A stretch of DNA of 64,000 nt from a virus. Below, in pieces: positions 36,290-45,950 of the stretch. The notes under the pieces are model-generated. The model did no database searches and was not told the origin of the DNA. It was given only the letters and a program-made list of their open reading frames with translations. The first letter of the stretch is position 1; every line of letters starts with the position of its first letter. Both the position numbers and the translations under genes were made by a program. The DNA is taken from IMG/VR virus record IMGVR_UViG_3300030397_000298. One strand, given 5' to 3'.

Positions 36290-36650
36290 CACAACTAAAA
36301 AAGCAATGCGATATATAGACCTTCCTTTAGAAGGCTATGAATTGGCAGACCTAGGTAATCTAGATCTTATTGATATGGTAATATTCGGAGTGATCAAATA
36401 CAGGTCTAACGCCGAATTTATGGATACTCTGAAATGTTCAGGGAAAACCTATTTTAAGATTACCTGGGAAGAAATCAATTTTTATTCTAGAAACTTCCTG
36501 AAGATAGATACCAGGCACGGGATGTATAAACGTCTAGATAAAATTTGTGAAGCAGGATTAATAGAATTTGGTACGGTGAATCAGAAGAAATCATATTCTT
36601 TTCTACGGATTCTAGATAAGCAATATGATGTATATGGTTCCCAGATCTAG
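36282..36650 (+). CDS. Winged-helix protein resembling the N-terminus of a phage replication initiator
   Basis: LDLIDMVIFGVI...KTYFKITWEEI...MYKRLDKICEAGLI; iterons lie directly downstream. Confidence 0.55.
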   Translation: MNSTTKKAMRYIDLPLEGYELADLGNLDLIDMVIFGVIKYRSNAEFMDTLKCSGKTYFKITWEEINFYSRNFLKIDTRHGMYKRLDKICEAGLIEFGTVNQKKSYSFLRILDKQYDVYGSQI

Positions 36651-36658
36651 GAAAATCC

Positions 36659-36731
36659 CTGTTAACTGTGGTTAACACGTCTGTTAACTGTGGTTAACAA
36701 GAAATGGGAAATCCTGTTAACTGTGGTTAAC
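36659..36731. repeat. Three 18-bp direct repeats CTGTTAACTGTGGTTAAC (candidate origin iterons)
   Basis: Exact copies at 36659, 36681 and 36714 (22 and 33 bp spacing). Confidence 0.9.
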
Positions 36732-36808
36732 TGACATAATATATAGAGTATAAGTATGAGTATAAGAGTGAACAGAACTTCGAACTTTCGATCTACCAAA
36801 CTTTCTAC

Positions 36809-37735
36809 ATGTTAAATTCTAGAAAGGCATATAACTATTTTAATTCTAGATTTTCTTTGGTAGAATCTACTAAGGGGTGGTATAGGTTTTCTAATCCATT
36901 TGATTTATCCCATGATGATAATTCTATGGCTGTGAATTTTCTATACATGTCAGTACGTGACTTCAGGACCGGTTATAGTTCTACAGTTCAGAAGTTTGTA
37001 GAACAGTATGAAAATCTAGATTATGTAGAAGTACATGATTTAATCAATACGTATACTGAAGTTTCATTTAAGTTACCGGAAATGAAACGGGGGATCAGGC
37101 AGGTAGTAAAGCTTCCTGATTCATTCACATCATTTATATTCGACCGTACACTATTGGGCCTAAGAGCTAGAACCTATCTTAGTGGACGTGGTTTTGATCC
37201 CGAATACCTGGATAGCAAAGGCTTTGGATTTTGTCGTACCGGTGATTGGATGGGGTATATCATCATTCCGGTAAAATCGGAAGGTAGGCTAGTCTATTTT
37301 TTTGGAAGGGAATTTCTGGGAACTGAAGGGATGCTAAGATATAAGAACCCTGAAGGCCTGTCATCGAAAGAATACCTGTACAATGAAGACGCCCTGAACT
37401 TATACGATGAAATCAATATCCTGGAAGGATGGACAGACGCCGAAACTTTGGGGGCCAATTCAGTAGCTACTTTATCATGGCAAGTATCGGACGAACAAAT
37501 AGAGAAGATCAGGTATTCCAATTGTAAAAAAGTTAATATCATTGCAGATAAAGGGTTCTTCTCTGAAGCACTTGACACAGGTAAAAGATTGTGCGAACAC
37601 AAAGCGGTAAAATGTATACCGGTAGATGAATTTGAAGGGAAGGACGTAAACGCGATTGGTAAAGGCCCGATAATGGATAAAATCGCGGCTGCCAAAACGC
37701 TAACTTTAGAAGAGGTATTTAAATTGATTCTATAA
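36809..37735 (+). CDS. DNA primase (TOPRIM)
   Basis: IIIPVKSEGRLVYFFGREF, LRYKNP, LYNED, ILEGWTDA, IIADKG. Confidence 0.88.
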   Translation: MLNSRKAYNYFNSRFSLVESTKGWYRFSNPFDLSHDDNSMAVNFLYMSVRDFRTGYSSTVQKFVEQYENLDYVEVHDLINTYTEVSFKLPEMKRGIRQVVKLPDSFTSFIFDRTLLGLRARTYLSGRGFDPEYLDSKGFGFCRTGDWMGYIIIPVKSEGRLVYFFGREFLGTEGMLRYKNPEGLSSKEYLYNEDALNLYDEINILEGWTDAETLGANSVATLSWQVSDEQIEKIRYSNCKKVNIIADKGFFSEALDTGKRLCEHKAVKCIPVDEFEGKDVNAIGKGPIMDKIAAAKTLTLEEVFKLIL

Positions 37736-37789
37736 CCGTTTCTAGGCGATCTACGCGATTACTAGGAATTTGCTATATAACACTAAGTA

Positions 37790-38035
37790 ATGAAGGACAT
37801 ACAGCTAAAAGGCCTAATTTCGGAAAATCAGTACCAGGTGGTAGATTTCATTAAGAAAAACAGGCAATTCGATACCCTTACTTCAGATCAAATAATTCAT
37901 GGTACGCAGCTATCCAGGGATGTAGTATTACGTGCCCTGGTCTTCCTTTGTGAAGCTAGCATTATTATACCCACCTATGATAAGGGGAACTTTCAGAAGT
38001 GGGAGATTACCGGAATGAAAACTATTTTGATATGA
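37790..38035 (+). CDS. Small winged-helix protein
   Basis: TSDQIIHGTQLSRDVVLRALVFL. Confidence 0.55.
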   Translation: MKDIQLKGLISENQYQVVDFIKKNRQFDTLTSDQIIHGTQLSRDVVLRALVFLCEASIIIPTYDKGNFQKWEITGMKTILI

Positions 38036-38601
38036 CAGATTACACATGTGATAGGTGCGGGTATACTACCGCCGGTTCTACTTATTGTCATAACTTGGTA
38101 TGTCCTAATTTGCCGTGCTGTGGAAATCCGAAGGATGAATGTAAGTGTAACACACCTGATAAAGTACAGGCTAGATCTAGCACCATTAATCAAATCAGGG
38201 AAGTACTGAATAAGATAAAGGTTACTGATGCCTGGTCCTTCAGAACCGCTATGCATGAAGTTAGTTCCATAGTTACGCTGAACTGTACCAGGGAATTAAA
38301 TTATCAATTGGATGACCTGGTATTAGAAAATGCAATGGACCAGGAAATACAGCGGAAGGATAGCGGGTACTGGATGAAGTATATAGAAGGTACCAATTCT
38401 GTAAACTTCGATTTTTGCGGTGACGAATATCTGATTACAGTAGAAAGACTTTGCGCCGGTCTTAATGCATTGAACAATAAAGAGCGATCAGCCAGGATCA
38501 TGATAGATAGTGAGAAGTCCAGGGCACAGATAATTATAGAAGGCGGTCCCTGGAAGCAGTCGGAATTTTTGGAATTATACAGACCCTATAAGTTGAAATA
38601 A
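37999..38601 (+). CDS. Hypothetical protein with Cys-rich N-terminus
   Basis: CDRCG...CHNLVCPNLPCCGNPKDECKC. Confidence 0.65.
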   Translation: MGDYRNENYFDMTDYTCDRCGYTTAGSTYCHNLVCPNLPCCGNPKDECKCNTPDKVQARSSTINQIREVLNKIKVTDAWSFRTAMHEVSSIVTLNCTRELNYQLDDLVLENAMDQEIQRKDSGYWMKYIEGTNSVNFDFCGDEYLITVERLCAGLNALNNKERSARIMIDSEKSRAQIIIEGGPWKQSEFLELYRPYKLK

Positions 38602-38870
38602 TGGCAATAATAAAACCAGAACGGAAATATAAAGTATTGCTTTTGTGCGGTGATTGTGGTCATCAGCTTAATGATACAAAAGAATTGACCGGTGAAGTAT
38701 TACGGGCAGATTGGGGTATGTTAGTAATGACTTCAGGATTTAACGCCGGTAAGTGCCCCAAAGGATGTAGGGCTACCTTTTCTGATTTGAATATTAATAC
38801 GAAGATGAAGATTAAGGATTTAGAATCAGATGAAATATTTGATACAAATTCTAAGAATTTATTTGAATGA
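38601..38870 (+). CDS. Zinc-ribbon hypothetical protein
   Basis: CGDCG...CPKGC. Confidence 0.65.
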   Translation: MAIIKPERKYKVLLLCGDCGHQLNDTKELTGEVLRADWGMLVMTSGFNAGKCPKGCRATFSDLNINTKMKIKDLESDEIFDTNSKNLFE

Positions 38871-39628
38871 AAGATCCTTCAGTAAATATTAAGATGTCAG
38901 ATCTTCTTAGGATCGTTCAGCAAATAGGATGGACCGGCACACCGGAAGGGGACATATCAAAAGTAAATGAGATCTTCAGACTTTCCCAGGACTGTAGGAT
39001 AAACCGGAATTTCATTACCACAGATAAGAAGACGAAAACTAAAATAGATAATGCCCTACGTAATACTACCTGGGATAAGTTCCAATATTACCTATTGTCC
39101 AAAAGGCAGGAAGCGGGCCACAAATATATACGCCCAATAGATCCTACATCTAAGCAGTGGTCTATACTAATCGATGTTTCAAATGATGCTGAAGAGTTCG
39201 CTAACTTGTATCAGATTTCCATAGATGAAGCCTGTCAACGATACATAGAAATAGGCCTTAATCTGATTGGGAAGAACTACCGATTAAGCAAGTTCAAATA
39301 TTATAAAAACAAAATATTCGACCGGTACAGGGATGCTAAATTAGTAATGGATGATCCGTACCCACAGAAGACTAAAGAGATCTACGAATACTATATGAAT
39401 AAGGTGAATGTAGAATTAGACTTCAATGTAAATTATGTTCATGCTTCAGAACAGTGTATGGAAAACGGCGGGGATGTGAAGGCCTGGGTAGATGCTCAAT
39501 TCGACGGGCTGCAATTCCTAGGGGCTATTCCTGAACCCTATCAGCTACACGGGGAAGGTGCCCTAGGTAGGTATCAGTCATACGCTAAGGTGACTACGGC
39601 CCCACATTGGAGTGAAAAAATTAGCTGA
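38867..39628 (+). CDS. Hypothetical protein, 253 aa
   Basis: Long helical ORF in the replication module. Confidence 0.75.
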   Translation: MKDPSVNIKMSDLLRIVQQIGWTGTPEGDISKVNEIFRLSQDCRINRNFITTDKKTKTKIDNALRNTTWDKFQYYLLSKRQEAGHKYIRPIDPTSKQWSILIDVSNDAEEFANLYQISIDEACQRYIEIGLNLIGKNYRLSKFKYYKNKIFDRYRDAKLVMDDPYPQKTKEIYEYYMNKVNVELDFNVNYVHASEQCMENGGDVKAWVDAQFDGLQFLGAIPEPYQLHGEGALGRYQSYAKVTTAPHWSEKIS

Positions 39629-39630
39629 AA

Positions 39631-39664
39631 GTTTTTTATTTAAAAATAAAAGATTAACTTAGCG
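39631..39664 (+). promoter_or_regulatory. Conserved phage promoter (TAAAAGATTAACTTAGCG)
   Basis: Near-identical to 2049-2082 and 41327-41357; no start codon follows. Confidence 0.7.
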
Positions 39665-39666
39665 TC

Positions 39667-39961
39667 ACCTTTAATTCGACACATATAATTTTAGGTATGA
39701 GATTTGGGAATGGACAAAAACGAAATTAGCCTTAAAAATTCGGCGCGTACCAGGTAGGCTCTAGGTATTGCCAAAGTCGCTCGAATCTCATAGTTAAAAA
39801 TTATTTTTTGGTTGATGCAGTGAAAACGAAAGGGGGTAATGACATTCCGTATCATCAGCCCCCTTTCTCATTTAAGAAACGCTTTCATCAGGCAGGTAAA
39901 TCTAGGCTTTCTAAGACACATGCAGTTATCGAAGATCCCCTAGACCCTGCCTATTTTATGT
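39667..39961 (+). ncRNA. Candidate structured ncRNA or long 5' leader
   Basis: About 295 nt ORF-free, with three long stems (39696-39792, 39828-39867, 39890-39952) right after a promoter. Confidence 0.45.
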
Positions 39962-41320
39962 ATGGTAATCAGAATAGATAATACACGCTCCCAGGTAATC
40001 GGTTCCTTCGAAGAACTGAAGGCGGTGAATAATTATCTGAAGGTTCAGCTTCCCGATTACAAAAAGACAGACGCCTATATAGATCATGGATGGGACGGGT
40101 ACATACACCTGATTACTAAAGCCGGTACTGTAGCAACCGGACTAATGCCACTGATCGCTAAGAATTTCCCATGTCATATTCAGGACATGCGAACGGTGCC
40201 ACAGCCTACCAGGTTAATTACCAAAGTGGGTAAGTTCGATCTGAAGGATTACAAAGGAAGTGATTACCAATACCAGGCCGTTCTAACCTGTCTAAATAAT
40301 TCGATTGGAACAGTACCCTTTCCCAGGGGAATTATAAACGCTGCTACGAATGCAGGAAAGAATACTATCATAGCTTCCATTGCCGGTTCTTATAACATAC
40401 CGGTACTGATGACTATTCATGATGCTGATGTATTCAGACAGGCCGTAGATTTCTTTTCTGAATTTTTCAAAGTAGGTACGATTACAAGTAAGGGAATTAA
40501 AATAGAAGACTTTACAATAGCTATGTATAAGTCTCTTTATAATCGTAGTGGAAGAACTAATGTTCTAAAATATTTGAAGGGGGTACCTATTCTAATTGTA
40601 GATGAATCACATGCCACCGGTGCCACAGATTATAAAAAATTAATTTCAAAGATTCATTCACCGGTAAGATACTTTTTTTCAGGAACAGCACTAGATAGAC
40701 CTAGCCCATTGGATAACGTAAACATGGTGGGTATGTGTGGTCCTAAGATTGTAGACATTTCAAATTCTAAATTAATTGAATTAGGAGTTTCTAAAAGACC
40801 GGTAGTTTATATTTTCAGGAACAGACCAGGGGGATTCTATTTTGATTATAAAGAGAAGGTACAGGAAGTTATAAAACATTCCAGGGTAAAGAATGATTTC
40901 ATTCGTAATTTGTGCAAAGATGATAAGCAGACTTTGATAAGCGTTAGAAATATAGATCATGGTGAATACTTGTGTAGGTATCTTCAGGGAATTAATAGAC
41001 GTGTAGTATTCCTTCATGGTGAATCAGAATTTAGAGAAGAAGTAATTAGAGATTTGAAAGCCAGGGAAATAGATACAGTGGTGACTACGGTAATGCGAGT
41101 AGGTATAAATATTCCTAGTTTCAAAAGATTCATTAACGCACATGGGGGTATGTCAGAAATTGAATTAAAACAATTGATGGGCAGAATATTTAGAGATGAT
41201 GGGGAAGACGACCACATAGAATTTTTCGATTTCTACGATGATGTGGAACCACTGAATGAACATTCTAGGGCACGTATAGACATCTACGAACGGGAAGGAT
41301 TCGAGATAATTTACCTCTAG
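39962..41320 (+). CDS. Superfamily 2 helicase (UvsW/Res-III-like)
   Basis: INAATNAGKN, LIVDESH, FSGTA, RVGINIP, QLMGRIFR. Confidence 0.9.
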   Translation: MVIRIDNTRSQVIGSFEELKAVNNYLKVQLPDYKKTDAYIDHGWDGYIHLITKAGTVATGLMPLIAKNFPCHIQDMRTVPQPTRLITKVGKFDLKDYKGSDYQYQAVLTCLNNSIGTVPFPRGIINAATNAGKNTIIASIAGSYNIPVLMTIHDADVFRQAVDFFSEFFKVGTITSKGIKIEDFTIAMYKSLYNRSGRTNVLKYLKGVPILIVDESHATGATDYKKLISKIHSPVRYFFSGTALDRPSPLDNVNMVGMCGPKIVDISNSKLIELGVSKRPVVYIFRNRPGGFYFDYKEKVQEVIKHSRVKNDFIRNLCKDDKQTLISVRNIDHGEYLCRYLQGINRRVVFLHGESEFREEVIRDLKAREIDTVVTTVMRVGINIPSFKRFINAHGGMSEIELKQLMGRIFRDDGEDDHIEFFDFYDDVEPLNEHSRARIDIYEREGFEIIYL

Positions 41321-41326
41321 AAGATC

Positions 41327-41357
41327 TTTTATTTAAGAATAAAAGATTATCTTAGCG
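41327..41357 (+). promoter_or_regulatory. Conserved phage promoter (TAAAAGATTATCTTAGCG), likely leaderless
   Basis: TAnnTTAG box ends 4 nt before ATG 41360. Confidence 0.7.
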
Positions 41358-41359
41358 TT

Positions 41360-41785
41360 ATGAAAGCAGCCGTAGACGTTATTAACCCAGATTTATCTAG
41401 ACCCATAGACGCGAAAAATATACAGCTTTCCGCTGATTCGGACTGTTTCGGCGTAGAATGGGAACCAGGTAACGCCGTATGTGGTATGTGTCATGCTAAC
41501 CCGATCTGTGCAATAGTGTTCAATCAGCAGACTAAGAAAATGGTTAAGGCGGTAGAAGAAGAAGTAGGGCCGTTCCTGGATGAAATAGATTTCGATGCTG
41601 TACCCTGGGATAAGTTCTATATGACAATAGCCACCAATCCGATTACATACGATCAGCTAGTAGAAGCTGTAGCCGCTAAATCAAAGTGTTCAGATCTTCA
41701 AACGGTGCGCTATCAAATTGATAATTGGATGCGTACTAAAAATGTATCCTATGGTGAAGATGATAAAACGCTAGTGGTACTATGA
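41360..41785 (+). CDS. Cys4 (Zn/Fe-S) protein upstream of DNA polymerase
   Basis: DCFGVEWEPGNAVCGMCHANPIC. Confidence 0.7.
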   Translation: MKAAVDVINPDLSRPIDAKNIQLSADSDCFGVEWEPGNAVCGMCHANPICAIVFNQQTKKMVKAVEEEVGPFLDEIDFDAVPWDKFYMTIATNPITYDQLVEAVAAKSKCSDLQTVRYQIDNWMRTKNVSYGEDDKTLVVL

Positions 41786-44460
41786 TTTTAATACTTTCCG
41801 ATTATAAGACTGATTCTACAATTACAAAATTTATTACCGATCAATTCGAGAATAAAGAATTTCACTATGATGTAATCGTAGATGAATATAACTTCACTGA
41901 TTGGGCGGGCCTAGCTGTAAAGCGATTTGATCATATCAATAAGCTTGTGAAGAAATTGAAACCTACAGCTATTGTACTTCTAGGTGCAAAGATTTCTGAA
42001 CTGATGTTCAAAAAGCCCATTGCAGAATTAGTAAATGCAGATGATTTATTCACCGAAGAGAAGATTAAATGTTTTGTAGGTGTACATGAAGACATTTTAG
42101 CACAGATGCCACAGCATTATGATTTGAATTATAATGCAATTAGAAAGGCTACTGAAGTTTCCAAATCTAGTACCCCACATCATATTATAGATATTGCCGG
42201 TGTAATTGAAGTAGCGGAATATGCGAAGCAGACAGGTTATTTTTGTTTTGACTTTGAAACTACTTCTTTAGATTGGTTCAAATTTCCAGAAACCCTACCT
42301 ACAGTTCTATCTATAAGTGTACAGCCTGGTTATAGTTATGTGCTTCCATTGTTTCATAAAGAATCTAATAATACACCTGAAGAGATATTTAGCATATTCC
42401 AGTATTTGCAAAATGAAATATTCGCTAATCCAGAAGTTATAAAGGTGGGCGTTAATTTGAAGTTCGATAAACATTGGTGCGCTATGCTAGGTGTTACGTC
42501 CTTCAGGGGTAGGTATGTGGATGCTCAATTACAGGCCCATAGTGTGAATGAAAATAGAAAGGTAGGTCTTAAGGAACTTACTAAAGAGTACTTCCCAGAA
42601 TTTGCCGGTTACGATGATAAGATAGACTATCATGGACCACTTACCCCGCTTTGTGCGTATGCAGCTATAGATACTGATTTGTCTTTACGTCTTCACTTCT
42701 ACATGGAAAGGCTTTTACTGATCGATGCTGAACTAGATACCAGGTTAACACCACAGGAAAAATTACACCACCGGCACACCCTGTACCTTCATAATCGTAA
42801 TCTTACGATGTTGACAGAACCGGCGTTATTTGATGCTGAATCACACGGGGCACCAATCAGTGAAGAGCAGATTAACGCAGCCCTGGTAAAGGCTACTGCT
42901 TTACTAGAAGCTAAGGATAAAAAACTGATGGCCTTCACTGAAATAGCCAGGTTCGAAAATGATCAGAGACAGGCAGAAATTAATAAGAAGCTTCATTCAT
43001 TAAATGAATCATATTCAAAGGAAGTAATCAGGTTCGAAGCGTCTATAGATAAGAAGATCAATAAGCACAGATTAGAGATTGAAGAGATTAAGGAAGAGCT
43101 AGAAACCATAACCGATTCAGGTAAGCGTACCAGGAAACAAAACATGATAAATGCCAGGTACACGAAAATAGAATATGATGAAGTAGCCCTGAAGACCGGA
43201 AGTAAAAAGATGATAGATCTTCAGTCCAGGATAGCCGAATTAAAAGCGGGTGTATATTCCGATTACAAAGGTGTGAATTTCGATTCGCCTAAACAGCTTA
43301 GTTCTATCCTGTTTGACTACTTCAAATTACCACTTTGGAAAGATCCATATAAGGGCGAAGAGAAGCGGACCACAGATAAGAAACACCTTAAGGAATTGAA
43401 ACACCCATTTCCACAGCTTCTAATGGCTAGACGGTCTCTAGCGAAGATGATTTCAACTTACTATAATGGGATTTTGAAACGTAGAAATTCTACCGGTAAC
43501 TTCTTCTTCGATTTTAACCAACATGGAACAGTGACCGGTAGGGTATCATCATTCATTCATACCATGCCTAAGCGGACACAGCAAAGTGATGAAGATGTAA
43601 AATGGGCAATAGAACAGGTCCAGAAATTCTTTATAAATAAGGGTGATGAATACGTAATGGTCCAGGCTGATTATGGACAGGCAGAATTACGGGTAATTGC
43701 AAATTACGCTGATGATGCAGTAATGAAAGATGCCTACCGTACCGGTAAGGATATTCATTCTATCACAGGATCTAGAATTTCAGGCGTACCATTCGATGAA
43801 TTTAAGAGCTTACCCGATTGGAAAAATAGAAGGTTCCTAGCTAAGGCTGCTAACTTTGGATGGGTATATAAGCAGTCCATACCTGGGTATGTAGCATATG
43901 TCAAAGAACAGTACGGAATAGAAATAAATGAAGAGATAGCGAAGCAGCACAGGGCGGCAATTTTTGAGACGTACCGAAGCTTATTAAAGTGGCATGAAAA
44001 GTATGAAATGATCGTTAAGAAATACGGCTATGTAAGAACGATCTTTGGCAGGAAGAGAAGATTACCAGAAGTATTCTTAGATGCTGATAGGTGGCGTAGT
44101 ATGGTTAACCAGGCTATCAGGAACGCAATTAATAGCCCTATCCAGGGATCAGCAGGGGAACTAGCTTTATTCTGTGCAGGGCTGCTAAGATTAAGACTAC
44201 CGAAGGAATGTATTTTCTTCAATACAATTCATGATAGTGTATTCTACTTCATTCCTAAGACGATGTTACAAAGATGTCTGAAGATCATTAGTGAAACGTG
44301 CGCTAATCCACCGGTAGAAAGATACTTTACTACACCTGGTTTTTATTTCAATAAAGACACTATTCATATGCAAATGGACTTTGAATTATCTACTTCATCA
44401 TGGGGTGAAATGAAGGAATTAGAAAACCTAGAAAAAATACCGGCGGCCTTCGCTGCTTAA
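41782..44460 (+). CDS. polA: Family A DNA polymerase with degenerate UDG-like N-terminus and 3'-5' exonuclease
   Basis: FDFETTS and YAAIDTD (Exo); ADYGQAELR (A), RFLAKAANFGWVY (B), NTIHDS (C); N-terminal PTAIVLLGA. Confidence 0.95.
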   Translation: MILILSDYKTDSTITKFITDQFENKEFHYDVIVDEYNFTDWAGLAVKRFDHINKLVKKLKPTAIVLLGAKISELMFKKPIAELVNADDLFTEEKIKCFVGVHEDILAQMPQHYDLNYNAIRKATEVSKSSTPHHIIDIAGVIEVAEYAKQTGYFCFDFETTSLDWFKFPETLPTVLSISVQPGYSYVLPLFHKESNNTPEEIFSIFQYLQNEIFANPEVIKVGVNLKFDKHWCAMLGVTSFRGRYVDAQLQAHSVNENRKVGLKELTKEYFPEFAGYDDKIDYHGPLTPLCAYAAIDTDLSLRLHFYMERLLLIDAELDTRLTPQEKLHHRHTLYLHNRNLTMLTEPALFDAESHGAPISEEQINAALVKATALLEAKDKKLMAFTEIARFENDQRQAEINKKLHSLNESYSKEVIRFEASIDKKINKHRLEIEEIKEELETITDSGKRTRKQNMINARYTKIEYDEVALKTGSKKMIDLQSRIAELKAGVYSDYKGVNFDSPKQLSSILFDYFKLPLWKDPYKGEEKRTTDKKHLKELKHPFPQLLMARRSLAKMISTYYNGILKRRNSTGNFFFDFNQHGTVTGRVSSFIHTMPKRTQQSDEDVKWAIEQVQKFFINKGDEYVMVQADYGQAELRVIANYADDAVMKDAYRTGKDIHSITGSRISGVPFDEFKSLPDWKNRRFLAKAANFGWVYKQSIPGYVAYVKEQYGIEINEEIAKQHRAAIFETYRSLLKWHEKYEMIVKKYGYVRTIFGRKRRLPEVFLDADRWRSMVNQAIRNAINSPIQGSAGELALFCAGLLRLRLPKECIFFNTIHDSVFYFIPKTMLQRCLKIISETCANPPVERYFTTPGFYFNKDTIHMQMDFELSTSSWGEMKELENLEKIPAAFAA

Positions 44461-44462
44461 CT

Positions 44463-45026
44463 ATGGCTAAACTTGCTTTCATAGATGTAGAAACTACTGG
44501 ACTGTATGCCCCTAAGCATGGTGTTTGGTCATGTTCAGGATACCTATTTGATGATGGGCGGTTATTAGAAGGCTTTGACTACAAGATGAACCCAGGGCCG
44601 GTAGAATATAGTCAGCATTGTTTAGATGAAGGATATACGCCTGAATTTTTTTCACACTTCGAATCTTCAGAAGCAGTACTAGGTATGTTTATGACTGTTC
44701 TAGGTAAGTACATTAATCTGAAAATCAGACAGGATAGATTTATTCTAGTTGCTTACAATGCTAGGTTTGACTGTGATCATTTAGTATCATGGTTTGACCG
44801 TCATCAGAAGCTATACTGGAAGTACTTTTTTTCCGGTCATATTTGTGTTATGTCCCAGGCTATGAGTATCTTACAGAATAAAAGACACCTACTACCAGAT
44901 TTCAAATTAACCACCTTAGCAAAGTACCTAGACATACCCTTAGAAAATGCCCATCAGTCAAAAGATGACATTGTAGCGACTATCCATATTTACGATAAAT
45001 TGAAACCTTATTTTAACACTTTATAA
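44463..45026 (+). CDS. DnaQ-like DEDDh 3'-5' exonuclease
   Basis: FIDVETTG, AYNARFD, AHQSKDD. Confidence 0.9.
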   Translation: MAKLAFIDVETTGLYAPKHGVWSCSGYLFDDGRLLEGFDYKMNPGPVEYSQHCLDEGYTPEFFSHFESSEAVLGMFMTVLGKYINLKIRQDRFILVAYNARFDCDHLVSWFDRHQKLYWKYFFSGHICVMSQAMSILQNKRHLLPDFKLTTLAKYLDIPLENAHQSKDDIVATIHIYDKLKPYFNTL

Positions 45027-45050
45027 TTTCAAATTTCAAATTTCAAAATT

Positions 45051-45950
45051 ATGTTGAACCAAGCATTAATTAACGCGAACAAAGCCCTAGAAGAATCTAT
45101 GGGCGGTGCTATTTACGCATCAAAAATTAACGGACGAATGGACGTTAGAATACCCCCACCACAGCCACACATGGGGGGACTGTACTACTTCCCGTATACA
45201 GTTTACAATATCAATAAGAAAACTTACGTATGTCCTACGTCTATAGATCCGAACGCACAGTCAGCAGTGAAGGATATGTTAGACAGGGTGGCACAGGATA
45301 ACGACCCATCAGTAACCGAACTAGCTAGCAAGATTAAAAGGCGGTCACAGTTTGCCTTTCCATGTTTCATTCTAAATGCAGATTGGACTAACATGGATGC
45401 GAACGGAAACCCTGCTAACATTTCGATTAGGAATAATAAGCCTGAAATGTTTGTATGTGGTAAGACTTTAGTTCTAGCGATCAATAAAGTAGCCTTTGAT
45501 CCTGGTTTCCAAAATCAAACACAGTGGGGCATATTCGATGCAGACAAAGGATTCAATCTAGGTCTAACTAAATCAGGTACCGGAATTGATACTAAATACG
45601 GTGCCGGTGGGTGGCGTAATCCAATGCAGTTACCCGCACAGTATTTAGAAAAGCTTCCTGATCCCGTAGATTTCGTGAAGAAGCAGATTAAGCCATATGA
45701 TGAAATGGTACAAATTCTGAATCAGTATTTATATGGAAATCCTACGGCGGGTATGACAGCAGGACTAGGCACACCGGCGGGTGGTAATTTGACAATGGGG
45801 GCACCTGGTACGATACCACAAAATACCCCAGGTACACAAATAGGGGCACCTGGTAACACGGCTGCACCTGGTAGCTTAGGCGGCCAACTTGGAAATACAC
45901 CGGCTGCACCTGCTAACGGCGGTAACTTGTTAATGGACATTAATAAGTGA
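45051..45950 (+). CDS. Putative ssDNA-binding protein (gp32-like) with G/P/N-rich tail
   Basis: DVRIPPP, YVCP, IFDADKGFNLGLTKSGTGIDTKY pattern. Confidence 0.65.
   Translation: MLNQALINANKALEESMGGAIYASKINGRMDVRIPPPQPHMGGLYYFPYTVYNINKKTYVCPTSIDPNAQSAVKDMLDRVAQDNDPSVTELASKIKRRSQFAFPCFILNADWTNMDANGNPANISIRNNKPEMFVCGKTLVLAINKVAFDPGFQNQTQWGIFDADKGFNLGLTKSGTGIDTKYGAGGWRNPMQLPAQYLEKLPDPVDFVKKQIKPYDEMVQILNQYLYGNPTAGMTAGLGTPAGGNLTMGAPGTIPQNTPGTQIGAPGNTAAPGSLGGQLGNTPAAPANGGNLLMDINK

Noticed and set aside
36659-36731. Mini CRISPR array
   Set aside because: Repeats are 18 bp with 4- and 15-bp gaps, too short for spacers, and there are no cas genes
36651-36808. Readthrough or frameshift joining the wHTH ORF to primase
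   Set aside because: All three frames contain stops within the repeats (TAA in GGTTAA/TGTTAA, TAG at 36743)
42940-43260. Possible intein in DNA polymerase
   Set aside because: The insert is coiled-coil-like, with no N-terminal Cys/Ser block, no His-Asn end and no LAGLIDADG motif
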